A stretch of DNA of 64,000 bases from positions 52,520 to 116,519 of the forward strand of contig CAURPR010000001.1 of NCBI GenBank assembly GCA_963527295.1, in the 5' to 3' direction. Position numbers and translations under genes: made by a program. The number at the start of each line of letters is the position of its first letter. The first letter of the stretch is position 1. The DNA comes from an uncultured Candidatus Saccharibacteria bacterium (GTDB taxonomy: Bacteria > Patescibacteriota > Saccharimonadia > Saccharimonadales > Saccharimonadaceae). Positions 9,752 to 19,659 of the stretch are shown here, piece after piece. Below the pieces are notes generated by a model. That model did no database searches. It was not told the origin of the DNA and saw only the letters and a list, made by a program, of their open reading frames with translations.

Positions 9752-11011
9752 ATGAACATTGTCATTGCAGGATATGATGTAGAGGGTAAGTCGAGCTACG
9801 CGTATTTTCAGCGTAAGCTTCCAGACGCACAATTGACGATAGTGGATGAACGGGAATTATCTGATGTGCCAGCAGGCGCTGATGTTCACACTGGTGCAGG
9901 AGTGTTCTCAAATCAGTTTTATGACGTTGATATGGTAGTCAGAACGGCTGGATTGCCACCAAGTCGCATCAAGACCAGTGGCAAAATATGGTCAGCAACC
10001 AATGAGTTTTTTGAGCAGTGTCCAGCACCCATCATTGGCGTGACGGGGACAAAAGGTAAGGGGACGACTTGTAGTTTGATAGCCAGTATATTGCGCGCTG
10101 CTGGCAAAACGGTCCATCTTGTTGGAAATATTGGCGTGCCGTCATTGGACGTGCTGCCGCAGATTCAGCCAGATGATATCGTGGTGTATGAATTGAGCAG
10201 TTTTCAGTTGTGGGATTTGGAAAAATCTCCGCATGTTGCAGTCGTCTTGATGATTGAGCCAGACCACCTGGATAGGCATGACGGTTTTGCTGATTATCTT
10301 GATGCAAAGGCGCATATTGCTCAGTTCCAGACGGACCAAGATAGTATCATTTACAACAAGAATAATCAGTTCAGCCAGCAGATCGCTGCCAAGTCGCCGG
10401 CGCGCCAGTTATCATATCCGATTGATTTATCAGTGGAAATGCAGCACGCGCTCAAATTGCCAGGCACGCACAATCAAGAGAATGCCAGTGCGGCAGTGTT
10501 GGTGGCTAAGACGGTGATGCCGGAGTTGTCAGATGACGTGATTTGTCAGGGGCTTGCCGGTTTTACGGGCTTGCCGCATCGGCTCAAATTTGTGGCAGAA
10601 AAACGAGGAGTTAAGTTTTATGATGATAGCATCTCGACGACGCCAGGCAGTGCGGTGGCTGCATTGCGGTCATTTCAGCAGCCAAAGGTGATGCTCCTTG
10701 GTGGAGCAGACAAAGGCGGTGATTACACGGAGTTGGCCGAGGAATTAGCACGCTCACAGTCGCTGAGAGGTGTTATTGTCAGTGGTGGCAATGCTGATAA
10801 TATTGCAAAAGCGTTGCAAAAAGCTGGTTTACCAGATGCGACAATAGTGCAAAAGGGTGTGATACCGATGACCGAAGTTGTGTGGCATGCCCTCGATATT
10901 GCCCAGCCAGGAGATGTTGTAATTTTGAGTCCAGCTGCCGCCAGCTTTGACCAGTACGCAAACTACACAGCCCGTGGCGAAGCCTTTGTTGAGGCTGTCG
11001 CGGAGTTATAA
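9752..11011 (+). CDS. murD: UDP-N-acetylmuramoyl-L-alanine--D-glutamate ligase
   Basis: Mur ligase P-loop GVTGTKGKGTT, GNIGVP motif and HRL(K/E)F motif. Start set at ATG 9752, 2 nt after the previous stop, rather than the overlapping 9695. Confidence 0.85.
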   Translation: MNIVIAGYDVEGKSSYAYFQRKLPDAQLTIVDERELSDVPAGADVHTGAGVFSNQFYDVDMVVRTAGLPPSRIKTSGKIWSATNEFFEQCPAPIIGVTGTKGKGTTCSLIASILRAAGKTVHLVGNIGVPSLDVLPQIQPDDIVVYELSSFQLWDLEKSPHVAVVLMIEPDHLDRHDGFADYLDAKAHIAQFQTDQDSIIYNKNNQFSQQIAAKSPARQLSYPIDLSVEMQHALKLPGTHNQENASAAVLVAKTVMPELSDDVICQGLAGFTGLPHRLKFVAEKRGVKFYDDSISTTPGSAVAALRSFQQPKVMLLGGADKGGDYTELAEELARSQSLRGVIVSGGNADNIAKALQKAGLPDATIVQKGVIPMTEVVWHALDIAQPGDVVILSPAAASFDQYANYTARGEAFVEAVAEL

Positions 11012-11040
11012 GACACGGATCTGATGGTATAATGGGTTCT

Positions 11041-12129
11041 ATGCAGCCATTGAAAAAACGGGTCCAATCTCTTCGCAGCGACGTCATGCAGGCTAAACAA
11101 GCATTGCAGTTTGATGCGCTTGCCGAAGAATTGGCGGTACTAGAAGAGCAATTGAACCAGCCCGAAATTTGGAATAATCCTGACCACGCTCAGTCGGTCG
11201 CCAAAAAGGTAGCTGCGTTGCGTCAAACGGTGCAGCCGTGGCAGGTGCTAGGTGTTCAGTTGGATGATTTGCTGGAGCTGATGGAATTGGGGGATGATGA
11301 CTTATTGGACGAGTTTACCAAGCAAATAGATGCTCTGGAGACGGAATTCTCGGCCCGCAAGACAGATCTATTGTTTAGCGGGAAATATGATGGCCGCGAG
11401 GCGGTGGTTCGCATCTCGGCGGGTGTTGGTGGCTTGGATGCCCAAGATTTTGCGCAGATGCTGGAGCGTATGTATTTGCGATGGGCGGAACGATCTGGCA
11501 TGAAAACTGACGTTTTGGAGCGATCTGCGAATGATGATGGTGGTTTGAAAACCGTTGTGTTGGAAATTTCAGGACCGTTTGCATACGGTAAATTACGCTC
11601 AGAAAATGGTGTGCACCGTTTGGTGCGGTTGAGTCCGTTTAATGCTGATAATTTGCGCCAGACCAGTTTCGTGCTGGTTGAGGTGCTGCCAAAAATTGAT
11701 ACGCCAGACGAAGTGGATATTGACCCGAGTGATCTAAAAATAGATGTTTACCGTAGTGGCGGTAAAGGCGGACAGGGCGTGAATACGACTGATTCGGCGG
11801 TTCGTGTCACGCATGTGCCAACGGGAATTGTAGTGGCGATTCAAAACGAACGCAGTCAGATTCAAAACAAAGAAACTGCGTTGAAAATTTTGCGCTCCAA
11901 GTTGTTGGCGATGCAACTCGAGCAGCACGCGGACAGCTTGTCAGATCTCAGGGCTGGTGAGTCAGCCAACTGGGGCAGTCAAATACGAAACTATGTATTG
12001 CATCCATATACACTAGTGAAAGATACTCGGACCAAACATGAAGACCGGGATACACAGGGTGTGCTAGACGGTAAGATTGATGATTTTATGACGGCATTTC
12101 TTAGTCAAAATGTGTCGAAAGACGAATAA
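11041..12129 (+). CDS. prfB: Peptide chain release factor 2 (single ORF, no frameshift site)
   Basis: SPF tripeptide (RLSPFNA) and GGQ (SGGKGGQGVNTTDSAVR). The track start 11032 lies inside TATAAT 11028-11033, so ATG 11041 is used. Confidence 0.93.
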   Translation: MQPLKKRVQSLRSDVMQAKQALQFDALAEELAVLEEQLNQPEIWNNPDHAQSVAKKVAALRQTVQPWQVLGVQLDDLLELMELGDDDLLDEFTKQIDALETEFSARKTDLLFSGKYDGREAVVRISAGVGGLDAQDFAQMLERMYLRWAERSGMKTDVLERSANDDGGLKTVVLEISGPFAYGKLRSENGVHRLVRLSPFNADNLRQTSFVLVEVLPKIDTPDEVDIDPSDLKIDVYRSGGKGGQGVNTTDSAVRVTHVPTGIVVAIQNERSQIQNKETALKILRSKLLAMQLEQHADSLSDLRAGESANWGSQIRNYVLHPYTLVKDTRTKHEDRDTQGVLDGKIDDFMTAFLSQNVSKDE

Positions 12130-12184
12130 TATTTAGCTACCAAATATCCTTGACTTTTTAGCAATCAAGTGCTATCATTTGAAT

Positions 12185-12400
12185 ATGAAGGTGTTGGATT
12201 TTCAAAAGGTTCAGGAAATTGATTCTCATATTCAAGATTTGCTGAGTGAATTGAGTACGCTCTACCGAGAGCGCAATGAGATTTTTTCTGGCGCAGACAA
12301 GGAAACCAAAGCAAAGAAGAATCGTCGTATTGCAAAGCAGTCAACGAACACTTTGGAAAACCTGGATTTTTCGACATTTGACTTGAGCCTCAAAGACTAG
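12185..12400 (+). CDS. Small hypothetical protein (71 aa)
   Basis: Canonical promoter TTGACT (12150-12155), 17 nt, TATCAT (12173-12178), then ATG 6 nt later. Predicted coiled-coil/charged protein with no recognisable family. Confidence 0.5.
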   Translation: MKVLDFQKVQEIDSHIQDLLSELSTLYRERNEIFSGADKETKAKKNRRIAKQSTNTLENLDFSTFDLSLKD

Positions 12401-12458
12401 GCGAAAACAGAAGCATTATATTCGCGCTTTTTGATAAAAAGTGTTACACTAATACAGT

Positions 12459-13142
12459 ATGATTCTGTTGGATAGGGTTACAAAGAGTTACACCAAAACA
12501 GGCAAGCCTGCCATCAATCGCGTCAGCGTGCATGTGAAGGCTGGGGAGTTTGTCATTTTGGTTGGTACGAGCGGTGCTGGTAAATCAACATTGTTGAAAT
12601 TATTAACGCGTGAAGAAAAGCCTTCAAGTGGCAAGATTGTTGTTGGTGGTATTGATTATGACACGCTCAAGGACAAGCACATTCCGCTACTGCGTCGAAA
12701 AATTGGTGTTGTATTCCAGGATTTTAAACTGCTACCAAACCGAACGGTGTTTGAAAATGTAGCCTTTGCACTGGAGATTGCTGGGATGACCAACCGTGAG
12801 ATCAAGTCGACCGTGCCAAAAGTCATTGAACTAGTCGGACTCAAAGGCAAGGAAAAGAACTTCCCACATCAGTTGTCTGGTGGTGAGCGCCAGCGAGTGG
12901 CGATCGCCAGAGCAGTGGTGCGCCAGCCGAAGATATTAATCGCTGATGAGCCGACGGGTAACCTTGACCCTAAGCATAGCTGGGATATCGTGCGGCTGCT
13001 GGAAAAAATTAATAAGTACGGTACAACCGTACTACTGACGACGCATAATGTTGATATTGTGAATAAGTTGAAGCGACGGGTGATTACCATTGATCACGGT
13101 AAGATTACGTCTGATCAGGCGAGAGGAACATATAAGCAATAA
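12459..13142 (+). CDS. ftsE: Cell-division ATP-binding protein FtsE
   Basis: Walker A GTSGAGKST, signature LSGGERQR, Walker B LIADEPTGNLD. Immediately followed by ftsX with an ATAATG overlap. Confidence 0.93.
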   Translation: MILLDRVTKSYTKTGKPAINRVSVHVKAGEFVILVGTSGAGKSTLLKLLTREEKPSSGKIVVGGIDYDTLKDKHIPLLRRKIGVVFQDFKLLPNRTVFENVAFALEIAGMTNREIKSTVPKVIELVGLKGKEKNFPHQLSGGERQRVAIARAVVRQPKILIADEPTGNLDPKHSWDIVRLLEKINKYGTTVLLTTHNVDIVNKLKRRVITIDHGKITSDQARGTYKQ

Positions 13143-14125
13143 TGGCCAAGAAAAAGACAAACGCAAACGTAAAAGCGATACAGCGCAACAAAATGAAGCA
13201 GCGGCGAACGTTAGCTTTTGTTCGCATGTTGCGCTATGGTGTTAATAACTTTAGCCGTAATGCTTGGTTGACAGTCGCAGCGACGGCGGTCATGAGCGTG
13301 ACTTTGCTGATCATCTTTGTGACCGTGGCGGCACAGCGCATTTTGGTGAACACAACGGAGACCATCACTCAAAAGGCAAATATTTCAATTTATCTCAAAG
13401 GATCTGTTTCTGAAAAAACCGTCAACGAATTGACGGACAAGATCAAAAAATTGGATAACGTAACAGGGGTGACGTACATTTCTGCGGAGCAGGCACGCCA
13501 CGAACAGGCTCAGCGTTACAAAGACAATGTAGAAGCGCTGGAAGCGATTCGTGAAGCAAGCAATGAGCTACCGGCGACACTGCAGGTTTCAGTGAAAGAC
13601 CTGAATAATTATTCTTCGCTGAAGCATTTTGTGGGGACTGATGAAACGTATCTTGCCAACAAAGACCAGCGTCGACAACCGTCATTCACTGGTGATCGCC
13701 GCCAGGCCATTGAAACAATTGGTGGTTGGGTGCGTGTGGCGAGCATCGGTGGGTCAATTGCAACGGTTGTGTTTGTGCTGATTTCCTCACTAGTGGTGTT
13801 TAACACTATCCGCATGGCTATCTTCAACCGTAAGAGCGAGATCCAGATGATGAAGCTCATCGGTGCTGAGCGCAGTTTCATCCGCGGACCGTTTGTGGTT
13901 GAGGCGATTATGTATGGATTTATCGCTGCGGTGATCGCTACGGCAGGGGGTTATGGCCTGTTGGCGTTCGCCAAGGAGCCGATGCGTAAATGGTTGCCAA
14001 TTGATACGTTACTTCAGGATCTGACACCGTATGTTGGGTTAGTGCTACTGGCTATGATCGTAATTGGTGGTTTAATTGGTACGATTTCGTCGTGGGTTGC
14101 GACCCATAAATACCTCAAGATTTAA
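13142..14125 (+). CDS. ftsX: Cell-division permease-like protein FtsX
   Basis: N-terminal TM helix, periplasmic/extracellular domain, then a C-terminal FtsX bundle (EIQMMKLIGAERSFIRGPF). Adjacent to ftsE. Confidence 0.9.
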   Translation: MAKKKTNANVKAIQRNKMKQRRTLAFVRMLRYGVNNFSRNAWLTVAATAVMSVTLLIIFVTVAAQRILVNTTETITQKANISIYLKGSVSEKTVNELTDKIKKLDNVTGVTYISAEQARHEQAQRYKDNVEALEAIREASNELPATLQVSVKDLNNYSSLKHFVGTDETYLANKDQRRQPSFTGDRRQAIETIGGWVRVASIGGSIATVVFVLISSLVVFNTIRMAIFNRKSEIQMMKLIGAERSFIRGPFVVEAIMYGFIAAVIATAGGYGLLAFAKEPMRKWLPIDTLLQDLTPYVGLVLLAMIVIGGLIGTISSWVATHKYLKI

Positions 14126-14181
14126 GTCACATAAAACTTGGTTGACATGTGGATAGTGCTTATGCTATTATGGTATATAGT

Positions 14182-15315
14182 ATGAAGCAACGGTCCACCA
14201 CACCAGTTTCGCACAAACAAGCCACCAAAGTAGCCTTGGTGGTGATGGCTGCCGTCGTTGCCGGAGCAGGGATTTTTCAGACCGCTGGCACGGTTTTTGC
14301 GCGAGATTATGAGGCAGAAATTAGGGCTAAACAACAAGAAGCCAATAACTACAATTCACAGGCGGCTCGCTTGGGCGAGATGGCGGCGACTCTGGAAGAG
14401 GAATTGAACCGTTTGACTGCGCAGGTGAACGCGTTGCAATCTCAAATCATTGAAAGCCAAAATAAGATTGACTCCCTTAAGGAAGAGATCAAGAATAACG
14501 AAGCGGCCATCAACAGGAACCGTAAGACAATGGGTCAGATCTTGTCTGACATGTATGTTGATGATCAGATTTCTCCGCTGGAAATGCTGGCTAGCTCAGA
14601 GAACATCGGTGATTTTATCGACAAGCAAGAACAGCGCAGCAGCTTACAGGGCTCATTGAATGACAAAATCAAGGAAATCAAGCGTTTGCAAAAGAAATTG
14701 CAGGACAATAAGGCGGCCGTTGAGCGTACACTGAAGGACCAGGAAACTCAAAAGGCTCAAATGGCGGCTAAGCAGGCTGAACAGGCGAAATTGGTGAATG
14801 ATACAAAGAATGACCAGGCGGCCTACTCATCTTTGGCGTCACAGCGTAATGGCGAAATTGCGAAATTGCGTGAGCAGCAGGCTGCAGAAAACTTGCGTAG
14901 TTTGCCACGAGGTAGCGTGCCATCTGGTACGCCTGGTGGTGGTGGCTACCCAGGTGTTTGGGCAAATGCGCCGTTGGATGCCTATGTCGACCCATGGGGG
15001 TTGTATACCCGTCAGTGTGTAAGCTACGTTGCCTGGAAGGTTCACAGCACTGGTCGTTATGTACCGCATTTCGGCGGGGCTGGTAACGCTAACCAGTGGC
15101 CATCAACCACAGCTCGTCATGGTATTTCGAACGGCAGCACCCCACGAGCAGGGGCAGCAGCGGTGATAATGGGTGGTGCATATGGTCACGTGATGTATGT
15201 TGAGTCGGTAAACGGCGACGGCACCATTACGGTTAGTGACTATAACTTGGGCTGGGATGGTCTGTACCGCAATTATAAGCGCTCATCGTCTGGACTTGTC
15301 TACATCTACTTCTAA
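14182..15315 (+). CDS. Secreted coiled-coil + CHAP-domain peptidoglycan hydrolase (PcsB-like)
   Basis: Signal/TM segment, about 230 aa of heptad-rich coiled coil, then a C-terminal CHAP domain (YTRQCVSYVAW ... GHVMYVESV). Start ATG 14182 was chosen; 14149 is also possible. Confidence 0.8.
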   Translation: MKQRSTTPVSHKQATKVALVVMAAVVAGAGIFQTAGTVFARDYEAEIRAKQQEANNYNSQAARLGEMAATLEEELNRLTAQVNALQSQIIESQNKIDSLKEEIKNNEAAINRNRKTMGQILSDMYVDDQISPLEMLASSENIGDFIDKQEQRSSLQGSLNDKIKEIKRLQKKLQDNKAAVERTLKDQETQKAQMAAKQAEQAKLVNDTKNDQAAYSSLASQRNGEIAKLREQQAAENLRSLPRGSVPSGTPGGGGYPGVWANAPLDAYVDPWGLYTRQCVSYVAWKVHSTGRYVPHFGGAGNANQWPSTTARHGISNGSTPRAGAAAVIMGGAYGHVMYVESVNGDGTITVSDYNLGWDGLYRNYKRSSSGLVYIYF

Positions 15316-15346
15316 GATTTGATGCCGCTCATGCTATAATGGTTCT

Positions 15347-16525
15347 ATGAGCAAGGAGAAAACACGAAACGCTCAGCTGTTTGCGTGGGCGGTAGTTATA
15401 GCGGTGGTTAGTTTTATCGCGGGTGCGCGGTCCGATCAGATATTTGCGGCAATTGCACCAAAGCTTGGTGTGCGATATAGCGCCGAGCGGCTTGATACGG
15501 AGCGGATTCAAGAGACGTATCGACAACTGAAAGCACAGTACGATGGAAATCTGGACACCGATAAATTGATCAATGGCGCGAGTCGCGGTCTGGTGGCGGC
15601 TACTGGTGATCCGTACACGGCATTCATGGACGCTGAGGAAGCCAAAGAATTTGAGAAGAGTCTGAATGGTAATATTGGTGGTGGCATCGGCGCGGAGATT
15701 GGTTTGAGAAATAATCGGCCGACAGTCGTCAGGGTGCTACGAAATAGTCCAGCGGAGGAAGCTCAAGTGAAAGCTGGTGATATCATCATTGCTGTAAACG
15801 GCAACTCAGTGGCGGATGCTACTACCGAACAGGTGGTGGAAAAAATACGCGGGGAAGTGAACACTACAGTGAAGCTGCAAGTACTTCGTAATTATCAGCG
15901 ACTAGAAATGTCGATGACGCGTAAGCAAATCACTGCACCGGCTGTAGAACATGACATTGTTGACGGTGTTGGCATCTTGAAAGTGTACCGATTTGGTGAG
16001 GAAACGGGTACGTTAGCGCGCGCAGCGGCTGAGGCTTTCAAGCAAAACAATGTCCAGAAGGTTATCGTAGACCTGCGCAGTAATCCTGGCGGGACTGTGA
16101 CGGCAGCGCAAGCCTTGGCTGGGCTGTGGCTGGATAACCAAGACATCATGACGGAGCGGCGTGGCGACAAGGTTGTCAAAACAGTCAAATCAACAGGTAA
16201 GCCACTACTGCAAGACATCAAAACAGTGGTGCTGATCGATAGGTCGAGTGCCAGTGCTAGTGAGATAGTAGCGGGTGCACTGCAAGAATACGGCAAGGCA
16301 AAATTGCTCGGAGAAAAGAGTTACGGTAAGGGTAGTGTGCAGCAATTGATCAAATTGCGTGATGGTGCACAGCTCAAAGTTACGGAAGCGCGTTGGTATA
16401 CGCCAAAGGGCCACACTATTGACAAGACAGGCATTGAGCCAGACGAGAAGGTTGGCTTGACCGCTAATGATATGAATTTTGGCAAAGATCCACAGATGGA
16501 CGCTGCCAAAAAGCTGTCCTGGTAA
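15347..16525 (+). CDS. S41-family C-terminal processing peptidase (PDZ-containing)
   Basis: PDZ segment (SPAEEAQVKAGDIIIAVNG) and tail-specific protease core (DLRSNPGG ... SASASEI ... KSYGKGSVQ). TATAAT lies 6 nt before the ATG. Confidence 0.88.
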   Translation: MSKEKTRNAQLFAWAVVIAVVSFIAGARSDQIFAAIAPKLGVRYSAERLDTERIQETYRQLKAQYDGNLDTDKLINGASRGLVAATGDPYTAFMDAEEAKEFEKSLNGNIGGGIGAEIGLRNNRPTVVRVLRNSPAEEAQVKAGDIIIAVNGNSVADATTEQVVEKIRGEVNTTVKLQVLRNYQRLEMSMTRKQITAPAVEHDIVDGVGILKVYRFGEETGTLARAAAEAFKQNNVQKVIVDLRSNPGGTVTAAQALAGLWLDNQDIMTERRGDKVVKTVKSTGKPLLQDIKTVVLIDRSSASASEIVAGALQEYGKAKLLGEKSYGKGSVQQLIKLRDGAQLKVTEARWYTPKGHTIDKTGIEPDEKVGLTANDMNFGKDPQMDAAKKLSW

Positions 16526-16567
16526 ACGCTTGTGTTTTTCTGATGCGGGCGTTAGAATAAAGATAGT

Positions 16568-16951
16568 ATGAACGCAAAGAGGAAAATATTATTAGTAGAG
16601 GACGACATGGCACTGGCAGCCGTGTATCGCGCCAGGCTGGAGCTAGAAGGCTTTGATATCAAGGAAGTACATAATGGCGAAGATGCACTGTCCGCAACCG
16701 TTGAATATAAGCCAGATTTGATTTTGCTGGACGCCATGATGCCAAAAATCAGTGGTTTTGACGTGTTGGATATTTTGCGCAATACGCCAGAAACGGCTAA
16801 TGTACGCATTATCATGTTGACAGCGCTGAGTCAGCCAAAAGATAAAGAACGGGCTGAAGGTTTGGGGGTTGACGAATACCTGGTGAAGTCTCAAGTTGTC
16901 ATCGGTGATGTGGTTGCGCGGGTGAAGCACCACTTGGGGATGACAGAATAA
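16568..16951 (+). CDS. Stand-alone response-regulator receiver protein
   Basis: CheY-like receiver: LLVEDD, phospho-acceptor LILLDAMMP, and LTA...K. No output domain. Confidence 0.85.
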   Translation: MNAKRKILLVEDDMALAAVYRARLELEGFDIKEVHNGEDALSATVEYKPDLILLDAMMPKISGFDVLDILRNTPETANVRIIMLTALSQPKDKERAEGLGVDEYLVKSQVVIGDVVARVKHHLGMTE

Positions 16952-16966
16952 ACCTAGTTAGTATAT

Positions 16967-16996
16967 AAAATAGTCGCCATGGAAGCGACTATTTTT
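16967..16996. terminator. Bidirectional intrinsic terminator between the receiver gene (+) and rpmA (-)
   Basis: Perfect 11-bp stem AAAATAGTCGC (16967-16977) / GCGACTATTTT (16985-16995) with a 7-nt loop. The A-run on one side and T-run on the other allow function on both strands. Confidence 0.6.
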
Positions 16997-17032
16997 ATGA
17001 TGGTAGCCTGTAGTAGGCTGAGATTTTTAGGC

Positions 17033-17305
17033 TTAATCTACGCGAACCTGTGTGCGGCGTTCGGTCTTACCGGTAAATTTCTGCTTTTTGACTTTCTTAA
17101 AGCTAACCACGCCGTCTTTAGCTGCGTGAATAGTGTAGTTACGGCTCATGTACGTGCCGTCACCAGCGATCTTGGTAGCACCAGTTTGACGCACCAATAC
17201 TGCACCAGCATTGACTTTTTGACCGCCAAAGCGTTTCACGCCCAAACGCTGACCAGCATTGTTGTGGATGTTCTTGCTTGAGCTACCAGCTTTAACCTTT
17301 GACAT
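17033..17305 (-). CDS. rpmA: 50S ribosomal protein L27
   Basis: MSKVKAGSSSKNIHNNAGQRLGVKRFGGQKVNAGAVLVRQTG... is a canonical L27. AAGGAG SD, with TTGACA/TATACT upstream. Confidence 0.97.
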   Translation of the reverse strand: MSKVKAGSSSKNIHNNAGQRLGVKRFGGQKVNAGAVLVRQTGATKIAGDGTYMSRNYTIHAAKDGVVSFKKVKKQKFTGKTERRTQVRVD

Positions 17306-17377
17306 TTGCTAAACTCCTTATAGTTTCTGTAAACAATCCTTACTAGTATAGACCACTACTAGTGTAATGTCAAGAAG

Positions 17378-18544
17378 CTAGGCGGTTTTTAGTAGCAATA
17401 TTTCACGCACCACGACTTGGTCGGATCGGGAGTAGATGAGAGGCGGTTGCTGTAGGATATAGCCGAGTGTTTCTAGGTCTTTGATCAGCGGCAGATGAGT
17501 CAGGTTACGGCTGGCGTCGCGCCAAGCAGGTACGGCGATACACAGTGTGGTACCGGGCGTCAGTTGACTGTGAATATTGCGTAAAAAGTTGGTGATGATG
17601 TGATTACAATTGCCGGTTACTTCGTGGAGCTTTTTGGGACTTGGTGGCGCAGAGAAAGGTTGTCCGAGGTAGGTTTCACAGACCACGGCATCAAGCTGTT
17701 GGGCTTTTGGCCACTGATGAGTCATGGCATCAGCTTGTTCGAGGCTATGTACCGTGCCGGTGATATGGTACTTGCTTTGTAACCAGGCTAGATTTTCTGT
17801 CGTGTAATCAATCATCTTTTGACTGAGGTCGGAACCATGTACGCAGTAGCCTTTGAGCAAGGCTTCTTGAAGCACGGTACCAGTACCGCAGAATGGGTCA
17901 AGGATGGTTGCTTTTGTGCTATTGCCGACGGCTACATTAACCATGATTTGTGCCAATTTGGGCGGCAACATGCCGACGAATGCGTCACGGCGTGGCCGGT
18001 TACGGTCACGGTGGGCATAAGCAGTAATGTTTTGTGCGCCATTGCTTTCAGCGATGAGGATGGCACCGTCATCGGTTTTGATGATGAATAACTCGCGTTT
18101 TTTGGGGCTGAGTCCAAGCTTATTATTATGCGAAGTGGCAGTTGATAGTGCTGTGGTGGTGTTAGGGACGAGTCGCAGGCTAGCACCATGTCTTTTCATG
18201 GACGATTTGAGCGATAGGCCAATTTTCTGTAGGTGGCGAGGCGAGGTTGATAGTCCATAGGCACTGATGCCGAGGGTGATTTTTCCACCGACTGCCAAGA
18301 GCTGATGAATATACGTATGCGTAATCCAGTGAGAGGCGTGCTCCAGGGTCGTGTGATTGTCAGCTGGGAGGGTGTGGATAATTGTGCCGCATTTGAGCGA
18401 TCCGCCAAGGGAGTCGATCGACAGGTGATCAGTATCAATAGTAGCAACGTCGTGGCTGACGGCACGAACGTGTGATTTTCCGAACATGGCTTCTAATTCT
18501 GCGATTGACAACTTCGGCAAGCGCCCTAGTATTGCTACGAACAT
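17378..18544 (-). CDS. SAM-dependent RNA methyltransferase (UPF0020/Trm11-like, THUMP-type N-terminus)
   Basis: Motif I LDPFCGTGTVLQEA and an N-terminal domain of THUMP-like size. The exact substrate is unknown. Confidence 0.6.
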   Translation of the reverse strand: MFVAILGRLPKLSIAELEAMFGKSHVRAVSHDVATIDTDHLSIDSLGGSLKCGTIIHTLPADNHTTLEHASHWITHTYIHQLLAVGGKITLGISAYGLSTSPRHLQKIGLSLKSSMKRHGASLRLVPNTTTALSTATSHNNKLGLSPKKRELFIIKTDDGAILIAESNGAQNITAYAHRDRNRPRRDAFVGMLPPKLAQIMVNVAVGNSTKATILDPFCGTGTVLQEALLKGYCVHGSDLSQKMIDYTTENLAWLQSKYHITGTVHSLEQADAMTHQWPKAQQLDAVVCETYLGQPFSAPPSPKKLHEVTGNCNHIITNFLRNIHSQLTPGTTLCIAVPAWRDASRNLTHLPLIKDLETLGYILQQPPLIYSRSDQVVVREILLLKTA

Positions 18545-18582
18545 ATCTATAGTATATCAGGCTCGTGGTATAATGGAGAGGT

Positions 18583-19659
18583 ATGTTTTCTGGGAAAATT
18601 TCGAAGGTGTTGAAAACGCTGAAATCGCCGCGCATAATCATAAGCTTCATTACCTTGTTGGTTTTAGCGGCAATTATCTATTTATCGCGTCATGAACTGC
18701 TGCGAGCATGGGAGTTGTTGGGAACGGCCAATGTCGGACTATTGGCCTTACTGTTGCCAGCGCAGATCATCGTGTATTATGCTGGTGGCGAAATGATCTT
18801 TTCTTATCTGCGTGATAGGAAGCTTATCAAACATGTGTCGCGACTGGAGCAAGTGCGAATTGCACTGGAGTTGAACTTGGTAAATCATATCTTTCCGTCA
18901 GGCGGGGTGAGTGGTATTTCTTACACGACATGGAGGATGAGTAAGCTCGGTGTGAGCTCGGCGCGTTCAACATTTGCGCAGCTCCTGAGATATGTGACAG
19001 GGTTTTTGTCAATGCTAGCCATGATGATCGTGGCGGTGGTGTTTTTGGCAGTAGACGGTCGCATCAACCGGTATATTGTGGCATCAAGTTTCCTGGTCGT
19101 GGTGGTTGTCCTGAGCCTAACATTTGCCATCATCTACATGTTTTCTTCTCGTCATAGGATGCACAAGGCGGCGCGCCGAATTGCGCGCGGGCTTAACGCC
19201 ATCACCAAATGTGTGACGTTTGGTATGCAGCGCCAGTTGGTTCAGGCGGAGCAGATGGACGCTTTTTTCTCCGATATGCACGACGATTTCTCGGAATTGA
19301 TGCAAGATAAACGCTTGATCGTCAAACCGTTTTTGTGGGGAATTGTGTATGCATCGTTTGATATTTTGATGTTTATGCTGGCTTTTTGGTCATTGGGTGC
19401 GTCGGTCAATCCAGCAGTGCTGCTGATTGGCTATATCGCGGCGGGCTTTGCTGGGATCATCATCTTTACGCCGGGCGGCGCAGGTGTGTATGAGACGATC
19501 ATGATTTTGTTTTTGAGCATGACTGGTACGCCGCCAGATATCGCTATCGCGGGCATCATACTGACGCGTGTCATTTTGCTCATGGGGACAATCGTCCTTG
19601 GCTATATTTTCTACCAGCACGCGCTAATCAAATATGGTAAGCCTCGCCGTGACTCCTAA
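18583..19659 (+). CDS. Polytopic membrane protein, lysyl-PG-synthase-TM / flippase-like (UPF0104) family
   Basis: About 8 TM helices and a family-typical C-terminal GGAGVYE motif (PGGAGVYETIMILF). Confidence 0.6.
   Translation: MFSGKISKVLKTLKSPRIIISFITLLVLAAIIYLSRHELLRAWELLGTANVGLLALLLPAQIIVYYAGGEMIFSYLRDRKLIKHVSRLEQVRIALELNLVNHIFPSGGVSGISYTTWRMSKLGVSSARSTFAQLLRYVTGFLSMLAMMIVAVVFLAVDGRINRYIVASSFLVVVVVLSLTFAIIYMFSSRHRMHKAARRIARGLNAITKCVTFGMQRQLVQAEQMDAFFSDMHDDFSELMQDKRLIVKPFLWGIVYASFDILMFMLAFWSLGASVNPAVLLIGYIAAGFAGIIIFTPGGAGVYETIMILFLSMTGTPPDIAIAGIILTRVILLMGTIVLGYIFYQHALIKYGKPRRDS

Noticed and set aside
11032-12129. Looked for the programmed +1 frameshift site (CUU UGA C with an upstream SD-like element) common in prfB
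   Set aside because: RF2 is encoded as one uninterrupted ORF with no in-frame UGA near codon 25, so no frameshift is present.
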